Positions 7,374-17,305 of a stretch of 32,000 nt of DNA are shown piece after piece. Every line of letters starts with the position of its first letter. Position 1 is the stretch's first letter. A program made the translations under genes and the position numbers. Under the pieces are notes generated by a model. The model made no database searches. It saw only the letters and a program-made list of their open reading frames with translations, and had not been told where the DNA came from. This DNA comes from an uncultured Lentisphaeria bacterium. GTDB taxonomy: Bacteria; Verrucomicrobiota; Lentisphaeria; JABSQK01; JAJFLO01. The stretch lies in the NCBI GenBank assembly GCA_951812855.1, contig OX638337.1:240001-272000 (forward strand). The letters run 5' to 3'.

Positions 7374-9794
7374 ATGGGCAAACTAGAAAATTTATTTATA
7401 TCTTTCAAAGGAATGTGGAGCAAAAAACCGCCACTGAGTGCTCGCAAGACGCATCCGCAAAAACCGCCTTCAGATGTCAACCCGACAAGCCGCTTCACAA
7501 TAGTCCTGGCATCTATCACATCAATCCTGATCATCTGGGGAGCGTATGCGATCAATATCTTGTATCAAACTCCTACGACAGCAACTGAAACTGATGATTT
7601 TATTGTTGGGCAAAAGGTCCCTGCGGATATTTATGCACAGGTAACGTTTGACTACAATGATTCTGCTCAAACAGACATTAAACGGCAGCAGGAAGCAAGT
7701 AAAATATTAGATATTTATAGATTTGATGATGCCGTAAATGATATTGTTCACCAAAATTTTATAGAACTGTTCAGAATCGTTAATGCACAATTGAGCAACG
7801 ATAAAGGGAAAATTGGAACAGATGAAATAATTTCATCTGTATATATAAGAACATTATATGAATCATTGGGGAAAAATCAAAAAGACAGTTTGATTGCAAT
7901 GTTTGGCAGTGCTGACAAACAAAAGTTTTTCCTCCAGAACCTGGACAAATTATCATTAGACGGAATCATTAGTAAAAAAGATAACAGCCAACAATTCAGT
8001 CAACAGCGAATTTGTATCTTAGACTCCTTTTCCCGCAAGACCAAAACCAGATTTTCTTCTCTTAATACTCCAAAAACCTTAGCGGATGAAGTACTGACTT
8101 TATTTGTTGATCGGTTTAGCCTTACAAACCGGAATACGGTTGAAGACATTTCACAGAACGTCATTTCCAAATTAATTCGGCCTAATCTTAACTATGAAGA
8201 ATTATTAACGAATAATGCAAGAGAAAAAGCCCGTAATGCAGTTCAACCTGAAAAGCAATGGGTATCTAAAGGGACTGTATTTCTTCAAAAAGGAAGTGTT
8301 GTAACTGAAAAAGATATTTCAAAACTCTCAGCTCACAACACTGCAATAAAGGCAAGCATTGACAGTACGCAGTACCTGCTTAAAGTTATATCATCACTTG
8401 CACTTGGCCTCATTTGCATACTGGCAATTGCAATGTATATCTATATCATTAATCCTGCCTTTTGCATATCACGGTCAAAAATCATCCTGGTATCAATCAT
8501 CATTGCATTAAATATTGTGCTTATTCGACTTGTAGAGGAACTGATTCCAATGCTGATGAGCGGTTCAAGAGTACTCATTAATCCAGCACTGCCAATCGCA
8601 TTTTCTGCACTGTTTGCAGGTATATTATTTGGTAAACGACTTGGTATGACAATCGGCGTGTTCATGTCGCTTATTACAAGTTTGACTGTTGCAGATTCAA
8701 TTCATATTTTTATTTTAGGAATCATCACTTCATTTTGCGGGACACTTGCAATTTATTCAGCTCGTACTCGTACCCAAACCTTCCGGGCTTCAATCGTAAT
8801 GGCAATATCAATATTTTTAATAGAAAGTATTTATTTAACACTGAAATCAACCCCGTGGCCAAATTTCTTAATTATGCTTGGAATTGCGATTATCAGCGGA
8901 TTCCTGATTGTTTTAATAATCAATTTATTACTTCCTCTGACCGAATATGTTATGGGTTTAACAACCAATATAAATTTGTTGGAACTAAGTGATTTAAATC
9001 ACCCGATTCTTAAGCGGTTACAAATGGAAGCACCGGGGACTTATCATCATACCCTTATGGTTGCTACATTATCAGAGACTGCAGCAGAAGCGATCGGAGC
9101 CAATACGCTGCTGACTCGAGTTGCAACTTATTTTCATGATATCGGTAAACTGTCAAATCCATCCTATTTTACAGAAAACAGTTTCGGGGTGGATAGACAC
9201 GAAGATTTGAGCCCGAGAATGAGTACAATGATCATTTTGAATCATGTTAAAGAGGGTTTGGCATTAGCAGCAAAATATCGATTAAAAAAACCAATACGAG
9301 ATGTAATTGCATCGCATCATGGAACAAGTCTGGTTTATTATTTTTATCACCGTGCAGTTACAGGAAGCAAAAAAATAGAAGAAGGAACGACACCAGAGGG
9401 AGATTTTCGCTATGCCGGCCCGTTACCCAAGAGTAAGGAAGCCTCAATTATTAGCTTAGCTGATTCCTGTGAAGCTGCATCACGTACATTGAAAAAACAG
9501 ACACCTCAGAAAATTACGTCTCTGATTAAAGAAATATTTCGCAACAAAATTGTAGATGGACAGCTCGATGAAAGTGAACTTACAGTTGCGGAAATTAAGA
9601 TCGTAGAATCGTCAATTATCAAGTCTCTTAACACCATGCTTCACAGCAGAATCAGTTATCCGAAAGTCGCCGAAAATGAAGGTAATAGTGAACAATTGTC
9701 AAAAGACTTATTCTCTGAAAAAAAGAAAAAAATTAAAGGAGATAATACAAAGGACAGCCAATCTAAGCAATCTAAGCCGGTTGTTGCTTCCTGA
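7374..9794 (+). CDS. pgpH: 7TM-receptor/HD-domain phosphohydrolase, PgpH/YqfF family (putative c-di-AMP phosphodiesterase)
   Basis: 806 aa with an extracytoplasmic N-domain and a polytopic block at roughly aa 335-545. The C-terminal HD domain has HHTLMVATL...YFHDIGKL...ASHHGTS. It lies directly upstream of ybeY, as in yqfF-yqfG operons. Confidence 0.85.
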   Translation: MGKLENLFISFKGMWSKKPPLSARKTHPQKPPSDVNPTSRFTIVLASITSILIIWGAYAINILYQTPTTATETDDFIVGQKVPADIYAQVTFDYNDSAQTDIKRQQEASKILDIYRFDDAVNDIVHQNFIELFRIVNAQLSNDKGKIGTDEIISSVYIRTLYESLGKNQKDSLIAMFGSADKQKFFLQNLDKLSLDGIISKKDNSQQFSQQRICILDSFSRKTKTRFSSLNTPKTLADEVLTLFVDRFSLTNRNTVEDISQNVISKLIRPNLNYEELLTNNAREKARNAVQPEKQWVSKGTVFLQKGSVVTEKDISKLSAHNTAIKASIDSTQYLLKVISSLALGLICILAIAMYIYIINPAFCISRSKIILVSIIIALNIVLIRLVEELIPMLMSGSRVLINPALPIAFSALFAGILFGKRLGMTIGVFMSLITSLTVADSIHIFILGIITSFCGTLAIYSARTRTQTFRASIVMAISIFLIESIYLTLKSTPWPNFLIMLGIAIISGFLIVLIINLLLPLTEYVMGLTTNINLLELSDLNHPILKRLQMEAPGTYHHTLMVATLSETAAEAIGANTLLTRVATYFHDIGKLSNPSYFTENSFGVDRHEDLSPRMSTMIILNHVKEGLALAAKYRLKKPIRDVIASHHGTSLVYYFYHRAVTGSKKIEEGTTPEGDFRYAGPLPKSKEASIISLADSCEAASRTLKKQTPQKITSLIKEIFRNKIVDGQLDESELTVAEIKIVESSIIKSLNTMLHSRISYPKVAENEGNSEQLSKDLFSEKKKKIKGDNTKDSQSKQSKPVVAS

Positions 9795-10182
9795 TGATGG
9801 ATTATCCATAATTTTTGTAGACGAGATTACCATCGCCAAACTTAATGCGGACTATTTGAATCACAACGGTCCTACAGACGTTATAACCTTTGATTATTTA
9901 AGTGAAAAGGTTTTTCCAGACACAGGTAATGATGATAGAACCATTGGAGAGATATACATTTGTTGTGATATGGCTGAAAATGTTGCAAAACAGCATAATC
10001 ATGGAATTTCAACTGAAATCGTGCTTTATATCGTTCATGGCATGTTACATCTATGTGGATATGACGATGTAAAAGAAACAGATATAAATAAGATGCGTTC
10101 AAAAGAAAAGGAAATTTTATCAATCTTAAATGATAATTTTGAGTTAAATGATCTTTTTGATTTAAACGCAACCGGCGTGTAA
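9676..10182 (+). CDS. ybeY: Endoribonuclease YbeY (rRNA maturation factor)
   Basis: 168 aa with the zinc motif HGMLHLCGYDD (H-x3-H-x5-[HD]), PTDVITFDY and LSIIFVDE. The 9676 ATG keeps the conserved N-terminal strand/helix (KVIVNN...) and overlaps pgpH by 119 nt. The only later in-frame candidates I saw are TTG codons at 9781/9784. Confidence 0.85.
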   Translation: MKVIVNNCQKTYSLKKRKKLKEIIQRTANLSNLSRLLLPDDGLSIIFVDEITIAKLNADYLNHNGPTDVITFDYLSEKVFPDTGNDDRTIGEIYICCDMAENVAKQHNHGISTEIVLYIVHGMLHLCGYDDVKETDINKMRSKEKEILSILNDNFELNDLFDLNATGV

Positions 10183-10477
10183 GGTGAAATCCAAGGATCA
10201 ATGTATACTGGAATTACCCCGGCATTTTTGCATGATCAGGCTGGGAGACAGGCCAATTGGCAAAAAGCAGGGTTGCTTTCACAACGTATTATCAGTGACG
10301 TATGTTGAAATAGTTGTTTTCGTGCTGAAATGACTAAATTGAAGTAAAGTCAGGATAAGCAAGATACACTTTCATCTCTTTTATACACTGACTTATATCT
10401 GAATTTTAATAATGTTCCAGAATTTGTTCAGGAATATAGAAACCGCAATTTAATATGGAGGGAAAAGACATTTTTAT

Positions 10478-11803
10478 ATGGAGATTGACTATTTACTCTA
10501 CTTTTTTTTGATTTTTATAAATTTATTTATTGCCACCTGGTTAACCGGATTAATGACTGCATTATTTGAACTTAGCTGGGCAAAAATTAAAAAATTAGAT
10601 CCAATTAAACGCCAAAAATTAATTGACCGCTTTACCCACGTACTTGAAAATCGGAATAATTATCGAATTTTAATCCGATCGCTTGCCCTGATAAATCTCG
10701 CAGTCTTATCTATTGTCGTATATCGATTAAGTAACGTATTGTTCTTTCAATACACAAACCTGTATACCGAGATATTCAGTGGCGTACTTGCTGTAATAAT
10801 TTTTATTTTAATTACTGAAATTTTAGGGAATGGATGGCTATGTTCTTTTGAATGGTCATTGCTGTCAATATCAACACCAGTTCTAAGAATAATGACCCTG
10901 GTATTTAAACCCGTCATTTGTTTGATCGTAAATTTTCAGAACCGAATAAACAAATATAGTAAAAATGACGGTTATGACGAAAAAGCAACAACCGCAGACG
11001 AGATAATTTCTCTGGTAGAAAACGATGCACATCAAAAACCTGAACTCAGTACCCTTGAAGACAGCGAAAGACAAATGATACGCGGCATATTTGATCTGGA
11101 GGAGACTCTCGTCAAGGAAATTATGACACCCAGGGTAGATATTGATGCCTTAAAAATTGATTCGGCCATTAACACTGTTAAATCAAAAATTATTAAAACA
11201 GGTCATAGTAGAATCCCCATATATCGAGACCGTATCGATGAAATTATTGGATTCATTTATGCCAAAGATCTTCTCGATGAAAAACGAGTGAAAGGCACTC
11301 ATAATTTAGAAGAGCTGTTACATCCACCTGTATTTGTTCCGGAGACAAAAAATGTCAGTGATTTATTAGAAGAATTTAAAGAAACCAAAAATCACATTGC
11401 TGTTATTATAGATGAATACGGGGGAACCGCAGGAATCGTCACATTTGAAGATATTTTAGAGGAAATTGTTGGAGAAATTCAAGATGAATATGATTTTGAG
11501 GACAGTCATTCTAACTATACAATGAAAGATAATGGCAGTTTAGTAGCTGATGCACGCATGCCGATTGATGAAATTAATGAGTTACTCAATATTAGAATTT
11601 CAGAAGAAAGAGATTTTGATACAATTGGTGGATATGTTATAAGTGAACTTGGACGAATCCCGCGTATTGGTGAAGAAGTAACTCTACATGATCTAACGGC
11701 AAATATTATCTCTGCTGACGCAAGAAAAATCAGTACGTTGATGTTAAAAAAATTAGATAATCAAATTGAAGAAAAATTAGACGTTCATCAAAGCGATTTT
11801 TAG
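10478..11803 (+). CDS. CNNM/CorC-HlyC family transporter (DUF21 - CBS pair - CorC_HlyC)
   Basis: 441 aa with an N-terminal 4-TM DUF21-like region, CBS-pair motifs (IMTPRVDI, GHSRIPIY, IAVIIDEYGGTAGIVTFEDILEEIVGEIQDEYD) and a C-terminal transporter-associated domain. The ybeY-corC synteny is conserved. Confidence 0.9.
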   Translation: MEIDYLLYFFLIFINLFIATWLTGLMTALFELSWAKIKKLDPIKRQKLIDRFTHVLENRNNYRILIRSLALINLAVLSIVVYRLSNVLFFQYTNLYTEIFSGVLAVIIFILITEILGNGWLCSFEWSLLSISTPVLRIMTLVFKPVICLIVNFQNRINKYSKNDGYDEKATTADEIISLVENDAHQKPELSTLEDSERQMIRGIFDLEETLVKEIMTPRVDIDALKIDSAINTVKSKIIKTGHSRIPIYRDRIDEIIGFIYAKDLLDEKRVKGTHNLEELLHPPVFVPETKNVSDLLEEFKETKNHIAVIIDEYGGTAGIVTFEDILEEIVGEIQDEYDFEDSHSNYTMKDNGSLVADARMPIDEINELLNIRISEERDFDTIGGYVISELGRIPRIGEEVTLHDLTANIISADARKISTLMLKKLDNQIEEKLDVHQSDF

Positions 11804-11909
11804 ATAGTATTTGCATAACCTCATCGAAATCCGTATCAATTCCAGCAGTTTAACATAGTATTATAATGTCGAACGAATTGATATTACATATTAGCGAACA
11901 TGATAAAAA

Positions 11910-13325
11910 ATGACCGGCGATTCCGAACTTTTAAATAAATTATTTTCGTTGATTCATGATTATATTAAGACAATTCGAGATGACAAGTCATTAATTACTC
12001 ATTATAAGACTCCGGAAGCACTCCCGTCCATGTTCGACCCAAGTGTCGATGGGCAAGGTATAACATCAGATAAATTCTTATCCCTGCTCGAAGTATATCT
12101 TTCAAACAGTGTAAAAACTGGTCACAAATACTTTTGCAATCAACTCTTCGGCGGATTTAATATTGTCCCGTTTGTTGCTGAAATAATCACATCTCTAACC
12201 AGTACATCGATGTATACCTATGAGGTCGCCCCTATTGCAACACTGATGGAAATGGAATTGATCAAAAAAATGAATCAAATTATTGGTTTTAGAACGGGAA
12301 ACGGTCAATTTGTCTCCGGAGGCAGCAGTGCCAATTTAGTCGCTGCTCTATGTGCTCGCAATAAAAAATTCCCTGATCTTAAATACAAGGGAATCCACGG
12401 TAAATCAGCACTGACCATGTTTGTTTCAGATCAAGCACATTACTCTCTGAATAAGGTGGCAAACCTGATCGGCATCGGTTCAAATAATTTGATTAAGATT
12501 CCATCGGATCATAATGGATGCATGATTGTGGATGAATTAGAAGCCGCATTGATTGCGTCTGAAAAAAAAGGGGATTCCCCATTCTTAGTTGTCGCAACAG
12601 CGGGAACAACAGTTCTCGGTGCATTTGACCCCATTGAACCCATTTCTGTAATTGCAAGAAACCATAATAATGTGTGGCTCCATGTTGACGGAGCATTTGG
12701 CGGATCGGTGGCATTAAGCAAATTACATTCTCACCTGCTTGCGGGAATTCATTTAGCTGATTCATTAACCTGGGATCCCCATAAAATGATGAGCATTCCG
12801 CTTATCTGTTCGGTTTTACTGGTAAAAGATAATAATATTTTAAATAATGCATGTGCATGTGATAACGATGAATATCTATTTCATGATCATGAATTCAAAG
12901 ATTATGATCTCGGTAAATCGTCAATCCAATGCGGGCGTCGAGCTGATGTGTTAAAATTATGGTTTTCATGGAAATTTTTCGGAGATTCCGGATACGAAGA
13001 TCGAATCAATAAACTTTTCAAACTTACTGAATATGCACAAGCTGTTGTTAAAAAATCTGCCCGATTAGAATTAGTTGCAACTCCACAGTCAGTGACTATT
13101 TGTTTCCGATATATTCCAGACAGAGACACGAACATAGATCAATTGAATCTAATGCTGCGTGATCAGTTGATGAAAACAGGTAAGATAATGATAAATTATT
13201 CCTATTACAAAGATCAGGTTACCATTCGATTAGTTGTAATTAATCCTGATTTAGAAACGGAAGATATCGATTATATTTTTGATGAAATAATCAGTGCAGG
13301 TAAGCGAGCTGAAATTAAGTTATGA
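11910..13325 (+). CDS. Group II PLP-dependent decarboxylase, GAD/CSAD-like
   Basis: 471 aa, colinear with the animal GAD/CSAD family as I recall it. Shared motifs are MYTYEVAP, SGGSSANL, VSDQAHYSLNK, ATAGTTVLGAFDP, WLHVDGAFGG, TWDPHKMM (PLP lysine) and IQCGRRADVLKLWFSW. Confidence 0.85.
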   Translation: MTGDSELLNKLFSLIHDYIKTIRDDKSLITHYKTPEALPSMFDPSVDGQGITSDKFLSLLEVYLSNSVKTGHKYFCNQLFGGFNIVPFVAEIITSLTSTSMYTYEVAPIATLMEMELIKKMNQIIGFRTGNGQFVSGGSSANLVAALCARNKKFPDLKYKGIHGKSALTMFVSDQAHYSLNKVANLIGIGSNNLIKIPSDHNGCMIVDELEAALIASEKKGDSPFLVVATAGTTVLGAFDPIEPISVIARNHNNVWLHVDGAFGGSVALSKLHSHLLAGIHLADSLTWDPHKMMSIPLICSVLLVKDNNILNNACACDNDEYLFHDHEFKDYDLGKSSIQCGRRADVLKLWFSWKFFGDSGYEDRINKLFKLTEYAQAVVKKSARLELVATPQSVTICFRYIPDRDTNIDQLNLMLRDQLMKTGKIMINYSYYKDQVTIRLVVINPDLETEDIDYIFDEIISAGKRAEIKL

Positions 13326-14135
13326 AATCTATGGGATTTGGATATCAATATTCGGACACATCTTTCTGATATCTGATTTCGAGCTGTTGTCTGGCTAAAT
13401 CAAAATTCCCTGTAGAACTGTATAGACAGGCAATTCCGGTATTGGCTTCAATTGATTCAGGATCAACAGCAGGCGATTTGCTTCTTTTGGCAGGTCAAAC
13501 ATTTCTTTTGAAACAAACTCCAAAAGCCAATAGAAGGTCAGTCATAATAAATCATAGGGAATTAAAAATATATTAAAAAAAGATATCAATTTATAGCAAA
13601 TGATTTACCTGAGGATCAAGAATAGAAACTGTAATTGAAAAACAGGTTTTCAATGTTGCAATAAAATGTTAGGTTTATTAAATAATTTGGTTTAGCGTTT
13701 TATCTCAAGCTTTGACAAGAACTCATTAATTAGCTATTTTATAGATATTAACATAAAGAAATGCTGTATTAGAATAATTATAGAAAAGATTGAATATAAT
13801 TTTTAACCGGTAACATATCTAAAATGACTAAAGAATTTATATCATTAGTCAAATTAATTCATATCGCTTCAGCTTCATAATAATAATGCTCGGCATGATT
13901 TCGATTGTCTTCATTATCTAAGCTCTGAATTTGAAAAATTCTTCAAGGTTTCAGACCGTATTCAGTTCGCTTAGTAAAAGTATATAATTACAATAAGAGC
14001 CGGATAAAACACCTTTTTGATTCATATAACTGATTATTAACAATACTGTTTCCTCTGCCTTATAACCAATGCAGTTATTTCTCCAATTAAACACGTCACT
14101 CAAGACTCACACGACTAACAAAAGGTGTTGCCGGT

Positions 14136-15338
14136 ATGATTAGAACACGAGGAAATATTAGAGATTTCCCTATTGCAATATTAACCACTCCGGGCGGCCG
14201 AAATCTCGCAGATGATGTTAACGAAAAACTCGTGGAGATTTCAGCTGAATTTGGCGAACCACACCCCCCAACCTTTTTACGAATTTCTGAAAATTACCGG
14301 TTTCAGAATGGAGAAGGGAAAGCAGTAATTATCGACTCCATACGGGGAACCGATCTTTTCATTATTGTTGATGTTGGAAATTATGGCGTTAAATACAAAC
14401 GTTACGGGAAAAATATTCCGATAAGCCCAGATGAACATTTTCAAGATCTTAAACGGATTTTGGGAGCAGCTAAAAACATGGCCCAGCGAACCACTGTCAT
14501 TATGCCTCTTTTATATGAAAGCCGGCAACACAAAATGAGCGGACGGGAATCGTTAGACTGTGCGTTGGCATTACAGGAACTGGTAAATTTTAATGTTGAT
14601 ACAATCGTTACCGTTGACGCACATAATTCCCATGTTATGAACGCAATTCCAATGCATGGCCTGGAAAATCTACATGCATCTTATCAACTCATCGAAGCAT
14701 TTATATTGGAAACAGAAACTAAAGTTAACATTAACCCCGATGAACTTGTAGTCTGCAGCCCGGACCTGGGGGGGTTGGAACGAGCCCGGTATTTTGCAGA
14801 ACATTTTGGAGTTCACCTGACGGGCTTCTATAAATTTCGAGACCTTGCACAAGTCGTTAATGGTCAAAATCCAATTATAGAACACAAATTTTTAGGTGCA
14901 GATATAAAAGGAAAGAATGTCCTGGTCGTAGATGATTTACTGGCCTCGGGAAACAGTCTGCTTGAATCCGCACAGGAATTAAAGAAACTGGGTGCTGCAA
15001 GAGTTTATTTTGCCGTTACTTATGCCCTTTTCTCCAATGGTTTCAAAGCATTCAACAAGGCTTCGGAGGCTGGTTTATTTGAAAAAGTATTTGCCTCAAA
15101 TGCGACATATCTACCTCCTGATCTTATTAGTAAAGAATGGTTTATTGAAGCCGATATTACAAGGTTCCTGGCAAAGTTTATTCATTCGTTCAACAGAGAT
15201 GCTTCAATAACGAAATTACTCAACAGCACAAGTAAAATCAATAAATTGTTGGGCCGAAAATTACCGTCACGTGATAAAGTTAATCAAAAAGGGAATAGCA
15301 GCAGTGAAACTCGTAATCAGCTTTCATTGAATTATTAA
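14136..15338 (+). CDS. prs: Ribose-phosphate pyrophosphokinase (PRPP synthetase), long divergent form
   Basis: 400 aa. Motifs are FQNGEGKAVIIDSIRGTDLFII, ESRQHK, VTVDAHNSHV, the PRPP-binding loop VLVVDDLLASGNS, and CSPDLGGLERAR. It is longer than the roughly 315-aa length I recall for canonical Prs. Confidence 0.85.
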   Translation: MIRTRGNIRDFPIAILTTPGGRNLADDVNEKLVEISAEFGEPHPPTFLRISENYRFQNGEGKAVIIDSIRGTDLFIIVDVGNYGVKYKRYGKNIPISPDEHFQDLKRILGAAKNMAQRTTVIMPLLYESRQHKMSGRESLDCALALQELVNFNVDTIVTVDAHNSHVMNAIPMHGLENLHASYQLIEAFILETETKVNINPDELVVCSPDLGGLERARYFAEHFGVHLTGFYKFRDLAQVVNGQNPIIEHKFLGADIKGKNVLVVDDLLASGNSLLESAQELKKLGAARVYFAVTYALFSNGFKAFNKASEAGLFEKVFASNATYLPPDLISKEWFIEADITRFLAKFIHSFNRDASITKLLNSTSKINKLLGRKLPSRDKVNQKGNSSSETRNQLSLNY

Positions 15339-15560
15339 GATAGATATTTTCTTATACATTTCAGGATAGCATTAAATCGTATTTTACATACTAATCCTTT
15401 TAATCTTTATTATGTTTGGCTAAAAATCATCCTCCCAAAGCAGGTGCACGGACTAAAAATCCTCCGGGGAAAAACGGGCTTCAACATAAGCATCGGTCAA
15501 TGAATCCCACGAAAACGATTAAAATAAACATCTAAAAAAATCTATTTTTAATTTAAAATT

Positions 15561-17216
15561 ATGAAATTAATATCACCACTACAAGCAGAACGACTCAAAT
15601 TTTCACCCTCTTTACCGGCACTGTTTCAAGAATGTGGTTCAAACGTTACAATTTCTCAACAAGAACCTTTACTTCCGGCCGGGGATAAAGATTCTATACA
15701 CCGAAAATTTCCGGAAACATATGGGAAACCGATTATAACGTTTAAGCAAGGCGGAAAATCCGAGTCTCAACCATACAATGTCGGTGTTATATTTTCCGGA
15801 GGGCAGGCTTCGGGAGGGCACAATGTCATTTCCGGACTTTTCGATGGTTTAAAATATTTGAATCGAAACTCAAAACTATACGGATTTCTCAATGGACCCT
15901 GCGGATTACTTTCAGATAATTATGTCGAGCTTACCTCTGAATTTATTAAGCCGTTTAGAAATACCGGCGGATTTGATATGATCGGTTCCGGCCGAACCAA
16001 ACTGAACAATAAGGACCAGTTCGATGCAGTCAAAGAAAATTGTTTAAATCTGAATATCAGTGCACTCGTAATAATAGGTGGTGATGACTCGAACACAACA
16101 GCGGGTATTCTTGCAGAATATTTTCTTGCCAATAACATATCAATTCAGGTTGTTGGATGCCCAAAAACCATTGATGGCGATTTACGTAACGAATGGATTG
16201 AAACGTCTTTTGGATTTGATACAGCATGCAAGGTATATAGCGAATTAATCGGCAGCATATGCCGTGATGCTGTTTCTGCAAAAAAGTATTGGCATATCAT
16301 TAAACTAATGGGACGTTCAGCATCTCATATTGCCTTGGAATGTGCATTACAAACCCATGCAAACATTACAATTATATCAGAAGAAGTCGAAAATAAGAAA
16401 TTGAGATTACAAACTATAATTGAATCAATTTGTTCCGTAATCGTGAACCGATCCAGGCAGGGAAAAAATTATGGAATATTACTTGTCCCTGAAGGACTCG
16501 TTGAGTTTATTCCTGAAATTAAAGTATTAATCTCTGAGTTGAACGACCTACTTGCTGAAAATAGTGCCAACCAGGAAGATATTGCAAATGCAGGTGATAC
16601 AAAAGAACTTCAAAAACATGGACTTTCACAGAATTCTGCGGAGGTCTATCTTACCCTGCCTGACGATATTCGATTACAGTTAGTTATGGACAGAGATTCT
16701 CATGGTAATGTTCAGGTATCAAAAATCGATACTGAAAAACTGCTTATTCAAAAAATTTCGGATCATCTTAGCAACTTAAAAATAGAAGGGAAATATCACG
16801 ATAGTTTTTCTTCCCAGGGTCATTTCTTTGGGTATGAGGGCCGATGTGTTGCACCATCCAATTTCGATGCAAATTATACCTACAATCTCGGATATACCGC
16901 CGCTGCAATGATTCGAGCAGGTGAAACAGGATATTTGTCAGCAATTAAAAATCTGAATTTACCTGTTTCAGACTGGCAGCCGCATGGCATTCCGATAAGC
17001 GGTATGATGAATATGGAACGACGCCATGGAAGTGAAAAACCGGTTATCCAAAAGTATCTGGTCGATTTAAATGGTAAACCATTTAATAAATTTGCTGAAA
17101 ACCGAGATAATTGGGCTCAGGACGATGACTATATCTTTCCCGGCCCCATTCAGTATTTTGGTCCGGAATCAATCGCTGATTCCTGCACAATCACACTTAG
17201 TTTGGAAAAGGAATAG
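15561..17216 (+). CDS. pfp: Pyrophosphate-dependent 6-phosphofructokinase (PPi-PFK)
   Basis: 551 aa. IIGGDDSNT has Asp where ATP-PFKs have GGDGS, and PKTIDGDL has Lys where ATP-PFKs have Gly. These are the established PPi-specificity residues. MGRSASH is also present. Confidence 0.9.
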   Translation: MKLISPLQAERLKFSPSLPALFQECGSNVTISQQEPLLPAGDKDSIHRKFPETYGKPIITFKQGGKSESQPYNVGVIFSGGQASGGHNVISGLFDGLKYLNRNSKLYGFLNGPCGLLSDNYVELTSEFIKPFRNTGGFDMIGSGRTKLNNKDQFDAVKENCLNLNISALVIIGGDDSNTTAGILAEYFLANNISIQVVGCPKTIDGDLRNEWIETSFGFDTACKVYSELIGSICRDAVSAKKYWHIIKLMGRSASHIALECALQTHANITIISEEVENKKLRLQTIIESICSVIVNRSRQGKNYGILLVPEGLVEFIPEIKVLISELNDLLAENSANQEDIANAGDTKELQKHGLSQNSAEVYLTLPDDIRLQLVMDRDSHGNVQVSKIDTEKLLIQKISDHLSNLKIEGKYHDSFSSQGHFFGYEGRCVAPSNFDANYTYNLGYTAAAMIRAGETGYLSAIKNLNLPVSDWQPHGIPISGMMNMERRHGSEKPVIQKYLVDLNGKPFNKFAENRDNWAQDDDYIFPGPIQYFGPESIADSCTITLSLEKE

Positions 17217-17305
17217 TTGAAACGTCCCAATAAGTATATTGAAATTATAATATTCACTATAAAGAACACGAAAAAACTGGAGGAAAAATCTTTCACAGCA
17301 TGAAA

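Noticed and set aside
10201-10308. 35-aa ORF (MYTGITPAFLHDQAGRQANWQKAGLLSQRIISDVC) in the 295-nt ybeY-corC spacer
   Set aside because: It has no SD and no recognisable family. I could not distinguish a real small protein from chance, and the spacer more likely carries the corC promoter.
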